NCBI GenBank assembly: GCA_018818755.1
Contig: JAHIRL010000148.1
Coordinates: 1-43,213, forward strand
From: Patescibacteria group bacterium
Lineage (GTDB): Bacteria; Patescibacteriota; Gracilibacteria; UBA1369; LOWO2-01-FULL-3
Direction: 5' to 3'
DNA length: 43,213 nucleotides
The notes below the pieces were generated by a model that saw only the letters and a list, made by a program, of their open reading frames with translations, searched no databases and was not told the origin of the DNA. This document shows, in pieces, positions 29,521 through 37,700 of this stretch. How positions within the stretch are numbered: the stretch's first letter is position 1; each line of letters opens with the position of its first letter. Both the position numbers and the translations under genes were made by a program.

Positions 29521-30351
29521 GACTTCCAGTGTGCAGATCAGTTGAATTATGCCTTTCATCCCGCTATGCCATGTTGGAGATTTTTTTAGTAATTCGCTTT
29601 TGGGTATGAGAATTGCGGCTAGTGCTTCAATTTGTTTTTTTGAGACTGTTCCGGTGAGGGTGAGAGCTTTTCCTTCGAGCATGGCTCTTAGGGTTTTGTT
29701 TTGGAGGGATTTTTTGATTATTTGCAGGCTGTATTTTGGTCTTTTTTTGAATATCAGGCTAAGGCCAAGTTCCATTTCTTTAGTGTTGTCTGTATCACCG
29801 ATTTCGAAATATTTTAACAAAAGGTCGGCATATTGTTCCTGGGCGTGGATGTATCCGAAGGAGTCTGGTTTTCTTTGGCTTAGTATTTTGAGAACAGATT
29901 TTTTGTTTTTGTATCCGCGTTTGCTCATATCGCGATGGACTTTCCATTTTTTACGGACATCTTCGTCCGGCGAGATAAAGAGTTTCAGGTCGAAAAGCCT
30001 GCGCATCAATTTGCGATGATAGGGATGCAAGCCGGTTATGATTATCAGTTTTTTGGGAGAGACTGCGGCTGGTGGGGTGAAAAGTCCGGTGGAATGGTCG
30101 TAAATCACTTTTTTTATGGTTTTACCTTCTTTGAGATCTTTTAGGTGATCTTCGGCCAGGCGCAGATTGTTGGCTTTGGGATTTAGGTGGGTTAGAGTTT
30201 GTTTGCGCATCTCGTACCTATTCCATTTGTGATAGGCGTCCATGCTGATTGTGAGGAGATTTTTTTCGTCGAAAACATCCAGAAGAAGTCTTCCGATTGT
30301 TCCTTTCCCGCTGCCGCTATCGCCTCCAAGTCCGATTATGAAAGGGTGCAT
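29506..30351 (-). CDS. prk: phosphoribulokinase homologue (class II, plant/cyanobacterial/archaeal type; PRK/uridine kinase family)
   Basis: Co-linear with class II PRK: IIGLGGDSGSGKGT (P-loop with Asp), SMDAYH, LNPKANNLRL...LKEGKTIKKVIYDHSTGLF...KLIIITGLHP, KKWKVHRDMSKRGY, SQRKPDSFGYIHAQEQYADLLL. Confidence 0.8.
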   Translation of the reverse strand: MHPFIIGLGGDSGSGKGTIGRLLLDVFDEKNLLTISMDAYHKWNRYEMRKQTLTHLNPKANNLRLAEDHLKDLKEGKTIKKVIYDHSTGLFTPPAAVSPKKLIIITGLHPYHRKLMRRLFDLKLFISPDEDVRKKWKVHRDMSKRGYKNKKSVLKILSQRKPDSFGYIHAQEQYADLLLKYFEIGDTDNTKEMELGLSLIFKKRPKYSLQIIKKSLQNKTLRAMLEGKALTLTGTVSKKQIEALAAILIPKSELLKKSPTWHSGMKGIIQLICTLEVLNRL

Positions 30352-30352
30352 T

Positions 30353-30375
30353 ATCGTTTGTTATGTTCAAACGAT
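30353..30375 (-). promoter_or_regulatory. intercistronic RNA hairpin filling the spacer before the prk start
   Basis: Perfect 8-bp inverted repeat ATCGTTTG / CAAACGAT with a 7-nt loop. Minus-strand RNA reads UAA-A-[AUCGUUUG AACAUAA CAAACGAU]-A-AUG. Confidence 0.5.
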
Positions 30376-30376
30376 T

Positions 30377-30607
30377 TTATTGTAGCTGATTCATTACATC
30401 TTGTGAACGGGAGTTTGCGTCGTTGAGGATCTGAATGATGTCTACATGTCCTGTAGAAGATCTTTCTACAATGGCTTGTGTTGGAGAGTTTTTTAAATCC
30501 GGATTTGCTTCAAGTTCAACATCGCTGGGGATGTGGTAGAATTTGCCATCAAAAGGAACTCCGTTTCCTTCTGTTGTTTCTATTGCAGGGGTTTTAATTC
30601 TTTGCAT
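30377..30607 (-). CDS. small hypothetical protein (76 aa, acidic/polar, no Cys)
   Basis: ORF 7 nt after the receiver gene and 25 nt before prk. Minus-strand-type codon usage. Confidence 0.5.
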   Translation of the reverse strand: MQRIKTPAIETTEGNGVPFDGKFYHIPSDVELEANPDLKNSPTQAIVERSSTGHVDIIQILNDANSRSQDVMNQLQ

Positions 30608-30614
30608 GGTTTTT

Positions 30615-31031
30615 TTAAAAAATCCGTGCTTTTATTTTAACATCTTTGAACATAATGTCAACGACAGGTTGGGGATTTTCTTTAATTTTTTCTATAATTT
30701 GTTTCAGCCCGTCTAATCCGACTTCGTATATTCCTGCGCATTTTGCTCTTACATCATCTGCGACAGCGTTGATATTGGCGTTAAAGGTGATTACGGGTAT
30801 TTCATATTTGAATGCTATTCTCGCAACTTCGTTGCCATTAGCCTTAGGCATATTGATATCTGTGATTACCAGAGATATTTCGTTTGCGGTTTTTTCTATG
30901 ATTTCGATTGCTTTTTCTCCGTTTGATGCCTCGAGGAAATCAATGTCTTCCTTTATTGCTCTTTTTAAACGCATTACTGCCATTTTCCTCCATGAATTGT
31001 CGTCGTCCGCGTATAGTATTTTGGGGGGCAT
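30615..31031 (-). CDS. stand-alone response-regulator receiver (CheY-like) domain protein
   Basis: KILYADDDNS acidic pocket, VITDINMP phospho-acceptor Asp, IPVITFNAN. There is no output domain and no histidine kinase in the window. Confidence 0.8.
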   Translation of the reverse strand: MPPKILYADDDNSWRKMAVMRLKRAIKEDIDFLEASNGEKAIEIIEKTANEISLVITDINMPKANGNEVARIAFKYEIPVITFNANINAVADDVRAKCAGIYEVGLDGLKQIIEKIKENPQPVVDIMFKDVKIKARIF

Positions 31032-31109
31032 GTGTTTTAAGTTAAAGGTTGTTTAGTTTATAGTGTTTTTTTAGAAATGCAAAGATTAAAATGTATGAGC
31101 GTTTAGTGT

Positions 31110-31138
31110 TTGACAGGATGTTTGAAATGCTATTTAAT
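31110..31138 (+). promoter_or_regulatory. sigma70 promoter of the radical-SAM megaprotein gene: TTGACA-N17-TTTAAT
   Basis: TTGACA at 31110-31115, a 17-nt spacer, then TTTAAT at 31133-31138, about 25 nt upstream of the GTG 31163 / ATG 31166 start. Confidence 0.6.
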
Positions 31139-31162
31139 AACTCTCCGTATTTGTTAATTTAA

Positions 31163-34100
31163 GTGATGTCAAAAGAGGGATGTCCGCATAATTGCGAGGT
31201 GCCTGCTAATGTGGAAAAAGTGTCTGAGGTTGGGCGTGGTGGTAGTGATGAGTTGCGTATTATAAAATCTAGCAATTCTGAGCTTAATCTGGTTTTGGAT
31301 GGATTGAATTCGCCTTTTCCGCATGCTCTTTTGGAATTTTCTAAAACCCTTTATCGGGATGATGTTACTTTTGATGAAGTTCAAAGACAGTTTGAGAAAG
31401 AGAATTTTGAGCTGGATAAGAAAAAATACCCTTATTCATCGGTTATGCTTAATACTGTTTTTTTAGACCAAGAAGGTTGGTTGAAATTGGATTGTACCAT
31501 GATCCAATATCGTTATAAGGCTGGGGATATTGTTAAGTGTAAGAATGAACATAGTAAGCATTATGGCAAATATCTTTTTGTTGAGGGTTTTCTTTATCGA
31601 TCTTTGAGTTGTTCCACTTTGGTTTATTTTAGTGTTTTAGATTCATCGGGGAATGTAGAGAAGCAGTTGTGTGAAGGATGGAGCATAGGGGCTTTTGAGG
31701 AGGAGTGTGAATTGGTTCATAGGTGGGGAGAGTATGATCCTGAGGAGTTTGGGGTTGATATTTCAAAAAGAGATAATGTTTTCGCGATTGATACTGTTAA
31801 AGGTGAGAGAAGAAGTAGTGAGGATGGGATGATAAGGGTTACTAATTCGGAATTTGTAGAAAATTTTTTTGAAGCAAGGAATTTTAATAAAATTTCTGCT
31901 GAAGACGAGCCGTTTAAACTGGAAAATGTCTTTGATGAGTATGTTGAAATGCTGATGCGTGTGGAATTTAAGGATTTACTTCAACGCTTGAATCACATTT
32001 TTCCGCTTAAAAATTATGATCGGATAATTGAGAAAGTTGATTTATGTAAGACTTCTGTGGAAATTCAGGATTATAACCATGTTTTCTTTGCCGGACTGAA
32101 GGAGAATTTTAAGGATGATTATAGTGATGAGCAGTTGTCCAAGATCGCCGATTATCTGAGGGAACAGAGGGAACGGTTTGATTTGGAGAAATTACTGAGA
32201 GAGTCTTGCACCTATATGCGGACTTCTGCAGAGCATAAAATCGGTGGCAACCTGAGACATGTTGAAGTTCCCAGGGAAAATATCATTGAAAAGTTCCCGG
32301 ATTTTGTGAATGATTTGGTTTTAAATGTGGCTAAGTATCTGGTTCCTTTGTTTGGAAGGAATGAGGATTATTATATGAATCCGGATTTGTTTCGAAAAAG
32401 ATCGACATATTTTTCAAACTTGCTGGGTGATTATGCTAATCCGTTGGATGCGGCGCGGCATGTTGTGGGAGTTGGGTTTAATGGGGTTAGTGAGATGTTT
32501 GATAGGGCAATGAATCGTGAATTTAAGTATTTTGTAAATGGAAAACCGGCTTTTGAAAAACCGGAAGAGCAGGAAGCTTATTATGAATTGTTTTTTGCGG
32601 ACAAAAAGACTGAACTGAGGGCGCATGTTTCTGATGCAATGTCTTTGATAAGAGAGATTTTTGATGAGTTTGATGTTACTGCTCTTATTATGAAAGAGGT
32701 TTATGGAGAAAATGGCTTTGAAATTCGGAGTGATATGAGTTTTTCGGATGTGAATAATAAGTTGTCTACTATCAATAAAAACCTGGCACAGGCTTTTTCC
32801 GGCTTGAAGAAGAAGTTTTTTGATCGTGCGGGTAGTGTTTTTGATAAAATTGATCCGGAATTGAAAAATTCTTTTAGTGGGATTTTTGACGCTATGGTGG
32901 ATTCTTTCTTTGCTAATTGTGGAATTAATGATGAAATTATCAAAACTGTTCATGGTATTTTTGATCAGTTTCTTAAAAATTCGGGGATGGATGTTTGTGT
33001 TGTTGAGGAACCGAAAACTTATCCGATAAGAACTTTGGAGTTTGATGGCGAGTTGGTTGATTGTCAGAGTGAAAAAGGTGGTTTTAAGGGTGGAGACATT
33101 ATTAGTATTAATAATCGTGGTTCTATTAAAAAATATCTTGTTGAAGGTATTGGAGTGAAGAATGGCCGTGTGTACATCAGAGATCTTACTTTTGGTGTTA
33201 CAGCCAAGACTGTTGATTATTTTGAGCTGAAAGACTTTGAGAATGATGATCCGCGGTATAAGGTGGAATTACTTGCCCGATGGGGGAATTATGATCCTGC
33301 TGATTATTCATATGGTCTTTTGAATAGAGTTGAAAATTCCAAGCCGGTTTATGAAGGGGTGCTTGGAGGGTATGATTACACCTTTTTGATGGATGATTTT
33401 ATGGGAAAGTTATTGGGGCCATTAAGGAAAATGGAGGTAGAGTTTAACGATCATGACCATAGAATTGATAATAAATTCGGAGAATATATTTGTGAGCATA
33501 TTATCAGGGATATAAAGTATACCGAGGGTAAGGCTTTGCTTCCAACCAGGCTGTTGTATTTTGATAGAGATATTTATTCGGTGTATCCCGCTGCTCCGCC
33601 AAGTTCTTCCGGGTCTAATGTGATTCGATTTGAGATTTCGACGGGTTGTAGTCACGGAAAATGTTCATATTGTAATTTGTACGAAAATGAAGATTATTCT
33701 TTGAAAAACTTTGAGGATTTTGAGAAGCATTTTGATTTGATTTGGGAGTATTTGGGAGCAAGGGTGATGAAAAAACAGTTTAAAAGAGTATTTTTGAGTG
33801 GAGGTAACGGTTTATCTATGAAAACGGATGATCTGTGCAAGATTTTGAAGTATGCTCGTAAAAATTTGGGGGTTTTGAGGAGGATTGAATCATATGCGAA
33901 TACTTTGGCTATAAAAAAGCATGGAGAGGAAGGTTTGAAAAGGTTAAAAGAAAGTGGATTGAATATGGTTTATTGGGGAGTGGAAAGTTGTAATGATGGT
34001 GTTCTTAAATTGAGCAGGAAAGGATATAGGTCAAAATCTGTTTCGCAGGCCGGGAAAATGCTTAATGATGCCGGTATTGGGATGTCGATTACTGTTATGC

Positions 34101-34438
34101 CGGGATTGGGTGGAGAGAAATTTTCTGAGCGGCATGCTGAAGATACAGGAAAAATATTGGGAGAGTTGGCGCCTGAGTTTTTGACTTTGATGAGTGTACA
34201 TGCTCCGGGCAGTCTTTGGGAGCAGGACATGAATGATGATATGGATAATAGGGCTTTGAATGAGAACGAACTGAAGGAAGAAATTTTGCTTATGCGAAAA
34301 GTTTTTTTACAAACAGCCAAGAAAAATCCTAACGGTTTCAAAAGGAAGGTCAGTATTGCTGCTCATGGTCCGAATATAACTCCCGTTTCTAATAATCCAA
34401 CAAGTTTTCAAACCAGAATTGAATTGGAGAAAAAGTAG
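31163..34438 (+). CDS. 1091-aa protein: unknown ~800-aa N-terminal region plus a C-terminal radical-SAM domain
   Basis: GCSHGKCSYC (C829-x4-C834-x2-C837, nt 33647-33673), FLSGGNG (nt 33791-33811), GVESCND, VMPGLGGE. The N-terminal part has no recognisable motif but contains two copies of a ~95-aa module. The true start may be ATG 31166. Confidence 0.85.
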   Translation: MMSKEGCPHNCEVPANVEKVSEVGRGGSDELRIIKSSNSELNLVLDGLNSPFPHALLEFSKTLYRDDVTFDEVQRQFEKENFELDKKKYPYSSVMLNTVFLDQEGWLKLDCTMIQYRYKAGDIVKCKNEHSKHYGKYLFVEGFLYRSLSCSTLVYFSVLDSSGNVEKQLCEGWSIGAFEEECELVHRWGEYDPEEFGVDISKRDNVFAIDTVKGERRSSEDGMIRVTNSEFVENFFEARNFNKISAEDEPFKLENVFDEYVEMLMRVEFKDLLQRLNHIFPLKNYDRIIEKVDLCKTSVEIQDYNHVFFAGLKENFKDDYSDEQLSKIADYLREQRERFDLEKLLRESCTYMRTSAEHKIGGNLRHVEVPRENIIEKFPDFVNDLVLNVAKYLVPLFGRNEDYYMNPDLFRKRSTYFSNLLGDYANPLDAARHVVGVGFNGVSEMFDRAMNREFKYFVNGKPAFEKPEEQEAYYELFFADKKTELRAHVSDAMSLIREIFDEFDVTALIMKEVYGENGFEIRSDMSFSDVNNKLSTINKNLAQAFSGLKKKFFDRAGSVFDKIDPELKNSFSGIFDAMVDSFFANCGINDEIIKTVHGIFDQFLKNSGMDVCVVEEPKTYPIRTLEFDGELVDCQSEKGGFKGGDIISINNRGSIKKYLVEGIGVKNGRVYIRDLTFGVTAKTVDYFELKDFENDDPRYKVELLARWGNYDPADYSYGLLNRVENSKPVYEGVLGGYDYTFLMDDFMGKLLGPLRKMEVEFNDHDHRIDNKFGEYICEHIIRDIKYTEGKALLPTRLLYFDRDIYSVYPAAPPSSSGSNVIRFEISTGCSHGKCSYCNLYENEDYSLKNFEDFEKHFDLIWEYLGARVMKKQFKRVFLSGGNGLSMKTDDLCKILKYARKNLGVLRRIESYANTLAIKKHGEEGLKRLKESGLNMVYWGVESCNDGVLKLSRKGYRSKSVSQAGKMLNDAGIGMSITVMPGLGGEKFSERHAEDTGKILGELAPEFLTLMSVHAPGSLWEQDMNDDMDNRALNENELKEEILLMRKVFLQTAKKNPNGFKRKVSIAAHGPNITPVSNNPTSFQTRIELEKK

Positions 34439-34493
34439 TTTCTCGCAATTGCTGAAGTTTTTTTGGAAATGGAGTTCGCATTCGCTCACAGTT

Positions 34494-34550
34494 GCGCTTG
34501 TCCGAATTTCCCAAGGGGCAAGCGGCAAATTTTGCTTTGCAAAATTTGTG
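34494..34550 (-). repeat. structured repeat unit, copy L (3' of tRNA-Arg): GC stem plus AT-rich hairpin
   Basis: Stem CGCTTG (34495-34500) pairs with CAAGCG (34519-34524). Hairpin CAAATTTTGC-TTT-GCAAAATTTG lies at 34526-34548. Shares the AGCGGCAA core and terminal GTG with copy R. Confidence 0.55.
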
Positions 34551-34627
34551 TGGTACGCCCGACAGGATTCGAACCTGTAACCCCCGGTTCCGAAGACCGG
34601 TGCTCTATCCAGTTGAGCTACGGGCGC
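34551..34627 (-). tRNA. tRNA-Arg (anticodon UCG), CCA encoded
   Basis: Reverse complement folds as a cloverleaf: GCGCCCG TA GCTC AACTGGATA GAGC A CCGGT CTTCGGA ACCGG GGGTT ACAGG TTCGAAT CCTGT CGGGCGT A CCA. All stems pair (G1-U72 wobble), the T-loop is TTCGAAT, and anticodon positions 34-36 are TCG. Confidence 0.93.
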
Positions 34628-34648
34628 AAGTTTTGGGATAAGGAGCTC

Positions 34649-34666
34649 GTCCCGCAGTAGCGGGAC
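34649..34666 (-). other. GC-rich stem-loop 21 nt upstream of the tRNA 5' end
   Basis: GTCCCGC-AGTA-GCGGGAC, a perfect 7-bp stem. Confidence 0.45.
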
Positions 34667-34672
34667 TCGCTT

Positions 34673-34729
34673 GCGCTCGCAGGATTTCCTATGTGCGAGC
34701 GGCAAGTTTTTTCTCCGCAAAAACTCGTG
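34673..34729 (-). repeat. structured repeat unit, copy R (5' of tRNA-Arg)
   Basis: Stem CGCTCGC (34674-34680) pairs with GCGAGCG (34695-34701). Hairpin AGTTTTT-TCTCCGC-AAAAACT lies at 34705-34725 and gains a G-U pair only in the minus-strand RNA. Shares the AGCGGCAA core and terminal GTG with copy L. Confidence 0.55.
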
Positions 34730-34731
34730 AA

Positions 34732-34756
34732 GAGCGACCCAGGATTTGGGCCGCTC
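34732..34756 (-). other. 10-bp stem-loop 35 nt downstream of the secDF stop (terminator-like, no adjacent U-tract)
   Basis: Minus-strand RNA reads GAGCGGCCCA-AAUCC-UGGGUCGCUC. One position is a G-U wobble on the minus transcript but an A-C mismatch on the plus transcript. Confidence 0.4.
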
Positions 34757-34791
34757 AAATTTTATTGTATTTGTTCCAGTTTTGCAATGAT

Positions 34792-37700
34792 TTATGCCTC
34801 GTCAGTGCGTTCTTTTTTCTTTTCGGCTCTAAGTGTCCATTTAATAAGCAATGGAGTCGCTGTGAATATTGATGAATAAGTACCGACGATTGTTCCCAAA
34901 GTTAGAGCCAGAATGAAGTAAAAGATCGATGGGCTTCCCAATAATAATACTGCAACAAGTGTGAATAATGTTGAAAGAGAAGTGTTGATTGATCTTGTGA
35001 AGCTTTGGCGAAGGGCTTGGTTGGCCACATGCTCCAAAGTTTCGTCTCTTTCTTTTGTAATTAGTCTTTCACGCAGTCTGTCGAAAATAACGATGGTGTC
35101 GTTTACGGAATAACCGAATACTGTGAGCATCGCGGTTATGAAAAGGGCGTCGATTTCTACATTGAAGAATTGTCCGAGGATAACAAAAACTCCTGTGACA
35201 ATGAGCATGTCGTGGGCTAGTGCGGCGATTGCGCAGGCTCCGAAACGCCATGGGCTTACCTCTTTTGGGACTTTTCTAAAGGCGATTGCTACATAGATAA
35301 TGATCATTACCAATGCGAATATTATGGCAATTACAGCTTTTTCCAGTAGAGTTTTTCCGATAACCGGCCCTATTGTTGTAAATCTTGGTTCTGTGAATTC
35401 CGGAAGAGTCTCTTTCATTTTTTCTACGATGGTTTTGTGGGCTGATGAATCCAGGTATTTGGTTTTTACAACGAAGGAGTTTTCTTCTGATGCTAGTATC
35501 TGGATGTTTGTTAGATCTATTTTCGTTGTAGGGTCTGCGCTAATTACGGTTTCTCCTTCAACAGTTTCTTTCGGGCTTTCATTTACAACTGCAATGGATC
35601 CGTCTTGCATTTCTTCTTCGATGCTAACAAGTGTGTCTGCCAAAACTTGTTTTTCTACCGGTTCTGAAAATTTGAATTCCATCAAGCTTCCTCCCGTAAA
35701 GTCCAGTCCGAGGTTGAGACCAAAGATGATGATTGCGGCTAGGGAGGCAGTTACGAGTCCACCGGATACTGTGAGCCAAGTTTTTGAATTTTTGATGAAG
35801 TTGAATTTGTTTTCTTTTTTAGCCGGATTAACTCCAAAGGCTTTTAGGTTTTCGGCAAGTTTTGTTCCGATGAAGCTTTGCAATAAAGTTTTTGTAACAG
35901 TAATTGCTGTGAACATGGAGACCAAAATACCTGCGGCCAGGTTGAAGGCAAATCCTTTGATGATTGAAGAACCGAAGTAGAAAAGGATTGCACATGTTAG
36001 GAGTGTTGAAAAGTTTGAATCTCGAATGGCGCTCCAGGCTCTATTAAATCCGGATTCGACAGCGGATTTATATGGTTTTCCTTCTTTTAGTTCTTCCTTA
36101 AATCTTTCGAAAATAAGGATGTTGGCATCTACGGCCATACCTATTGATAAGATAATTCCCGCTACACCAGCAAGTGTTAGCACTATTCCGGTTTTGAGTA
36201 GGAATATTAGGAAGAAGAATCCCACACAACTCAGTAGGAAGGAAAGAGTTTTTTCCCATGCGGAATCTTTGTTGTTGATGATTTTAAATACCAGAAATCC
36301 AAATACGGCTAGTGCTCCTAGCAAGGCAATTCCCACATGTAGCTCGGATTTTATTAGGAAAAGGAAAATTGAGGCATAAACAACTAGAGCGATTGCGGCC
36401 ATAATTCCGGCGGCTCTGTAATATAGAACCATGAAGATTATTACTAATGCTAGGCCGATAAGGCCTGCTGTAAGACTTTTTGTAAGAGCTTCGTGTCCGA
36501 GAGTGGCTCCGATTGTATATTCTCCGGTTAAGACGATTGGAGCGGGGATTGCGCCTGTGTTTAGATCTCGTGCCAGGTTTTTTGCTTCGTCTGTTGTGAA
36601 TTCACCGGTGATTTGTGCCGATCCTCCTGCAATTTTCCCTTGTACTTCAGGGGCGGAAATCTGATCTCCTCCCACGAAAATCGCTACTCTTTTCCCGACA
36701 TTTCTTTCTGTTATTTCCTCGAAAAGTTTGGCTCCTTCATCGTTAAATTGGATTGTTACATATGGTTGGTAGAACTGATCAAGTTGAACATCCGCATGAA
36801 TAAAGTGTTTTCCTGTTAATCCGGTTTCTTTCCAGGGATTTGGAAGAGTTGAGTAAGTTAGTAATTCGTATTTGTATTGTTTTTCTTTGATATCAGTAAG
36901 GACTTCGTCGGCTTTAATGATGTGGTATCCAAATTTAGTGTTGACGATGTCACTTATATCTCCGCTTTTTTCAAAGGCCAAAGCGGCTTGTTCGAAATCG
37001 TAAACATAAGTTCCGTCTCCTGTTACGGGGGTGGAAAGTCTTCCTCCCTGGTCTTTATTGCTGGCATCGTCCGAATTTTCTTGGGCTAGAATTGCGAAAT
37101 CTTCTCCTTGATCCACTTTTGCTTTTATTTCTTTTGCAAGTTCGTAGGCTTCTTCTTTTGTGCGGGTAATACTTTCATCGGCTTGTTCACTTCCCGCATA
37201 AGCTATTAAAATGTGGCTTACTGCTACTTCTTTTTCATCTTTTACGGCTTCGTCAACATCAACGAGTTTTACAATTCCATAACCGCTATCTTCGACGGCT
37301 TGTCCGGATTCGTTAATTACAAAAGTTCCGCCGGTTTCTATTAGGCCGTAAAACTCACCAATCTCCATTGTTGTAAGCTTTTCTTTTAAATAAGAGGGGA
37401 GTTCGCTTTCAAAGACATATTCCGAAGTATCGTGTTTTGCGAGTCCCGGAAAGGCCTGAACCTCTTCCTGTGCGACAACTTCGTAATCTGCTCCTTCTTT
37501 GATTTTATTTAGTGTTTTTTGGGCGTCCTCATGGATACGATCTTTTTCTTCGGGATCTATTTGTTGTTTTTCTTCTTTAAATTCCAATTGGATGGTTTTT
37601 CCGACTGTTGCTTTTGCTTTTTCCAAACTGACTAATTTTTTCTGATCGTCCGTTAGTTCTCCCACTTTCACTCCTTCTTTTCCGAGGTATGTATCTACAT

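Noticed and set aside
30377-30607. The 76-aa protein upstream of prk as a CP12-like PRK regulator, or as a RiPP precursor for the radical-SAM enzyme.
   Set aside because: CP12 has paired Cys and an AWD-VEEL core, whereas this protein has no Cys and no such motif. As a RiPP precursor it lacks Cys/Ser/Thr-rich core features, the radical-SAM protein has no SPASM/twitch or RRE-like element I can see, and the two genes are on opposite strands. Both ideas remain untested speculation.
31032-31109. A promoter for the receiver/76-aa/prk operon in the divergent spacer.
   Set aside because: On the minus strand I found only poor matches, for example TTTAAT with TCAAAC at -35 and TATAAA with TTTGCA at a 15-nt spacing. 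None approaches the quality of the other promoters in the window, so I make no call.
34307-34720. A 137-aa minus-strand ORF spanning the spacer after the radical-SAM gene.
   Set aside because: It runs straight through the tRNA-Arg gene and the structured repeats, and overlaps the 3' end of the radical-SAM CDS. The tRNA cloverleaf explains the conservation-like features.
34494-34729. The ~57-nt direct repeats flanking tRNA-Arg as att sites of an integrated element, or as a mini CRISPR array.
   Set aside because: Only the tRNA and a short hairpin lie between them, with no integrase or cargo. There are only two copies, they are imperfect, and each is internally structured, unlike CRISPR repeats or att cores.
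35300-35980. A 226-aa plus-strand ORF, and similar ones at 36026..36379, 23045..23518, 29549..30019, 30646..31056 and 32414..32953.
   Set aside because: Each is embedded antisense in a gene with a recognisable family assignment (secDF, priA, prk, receiver, radical-SAM). Their sequences are F/S/L/I-rich low-complexity runs.
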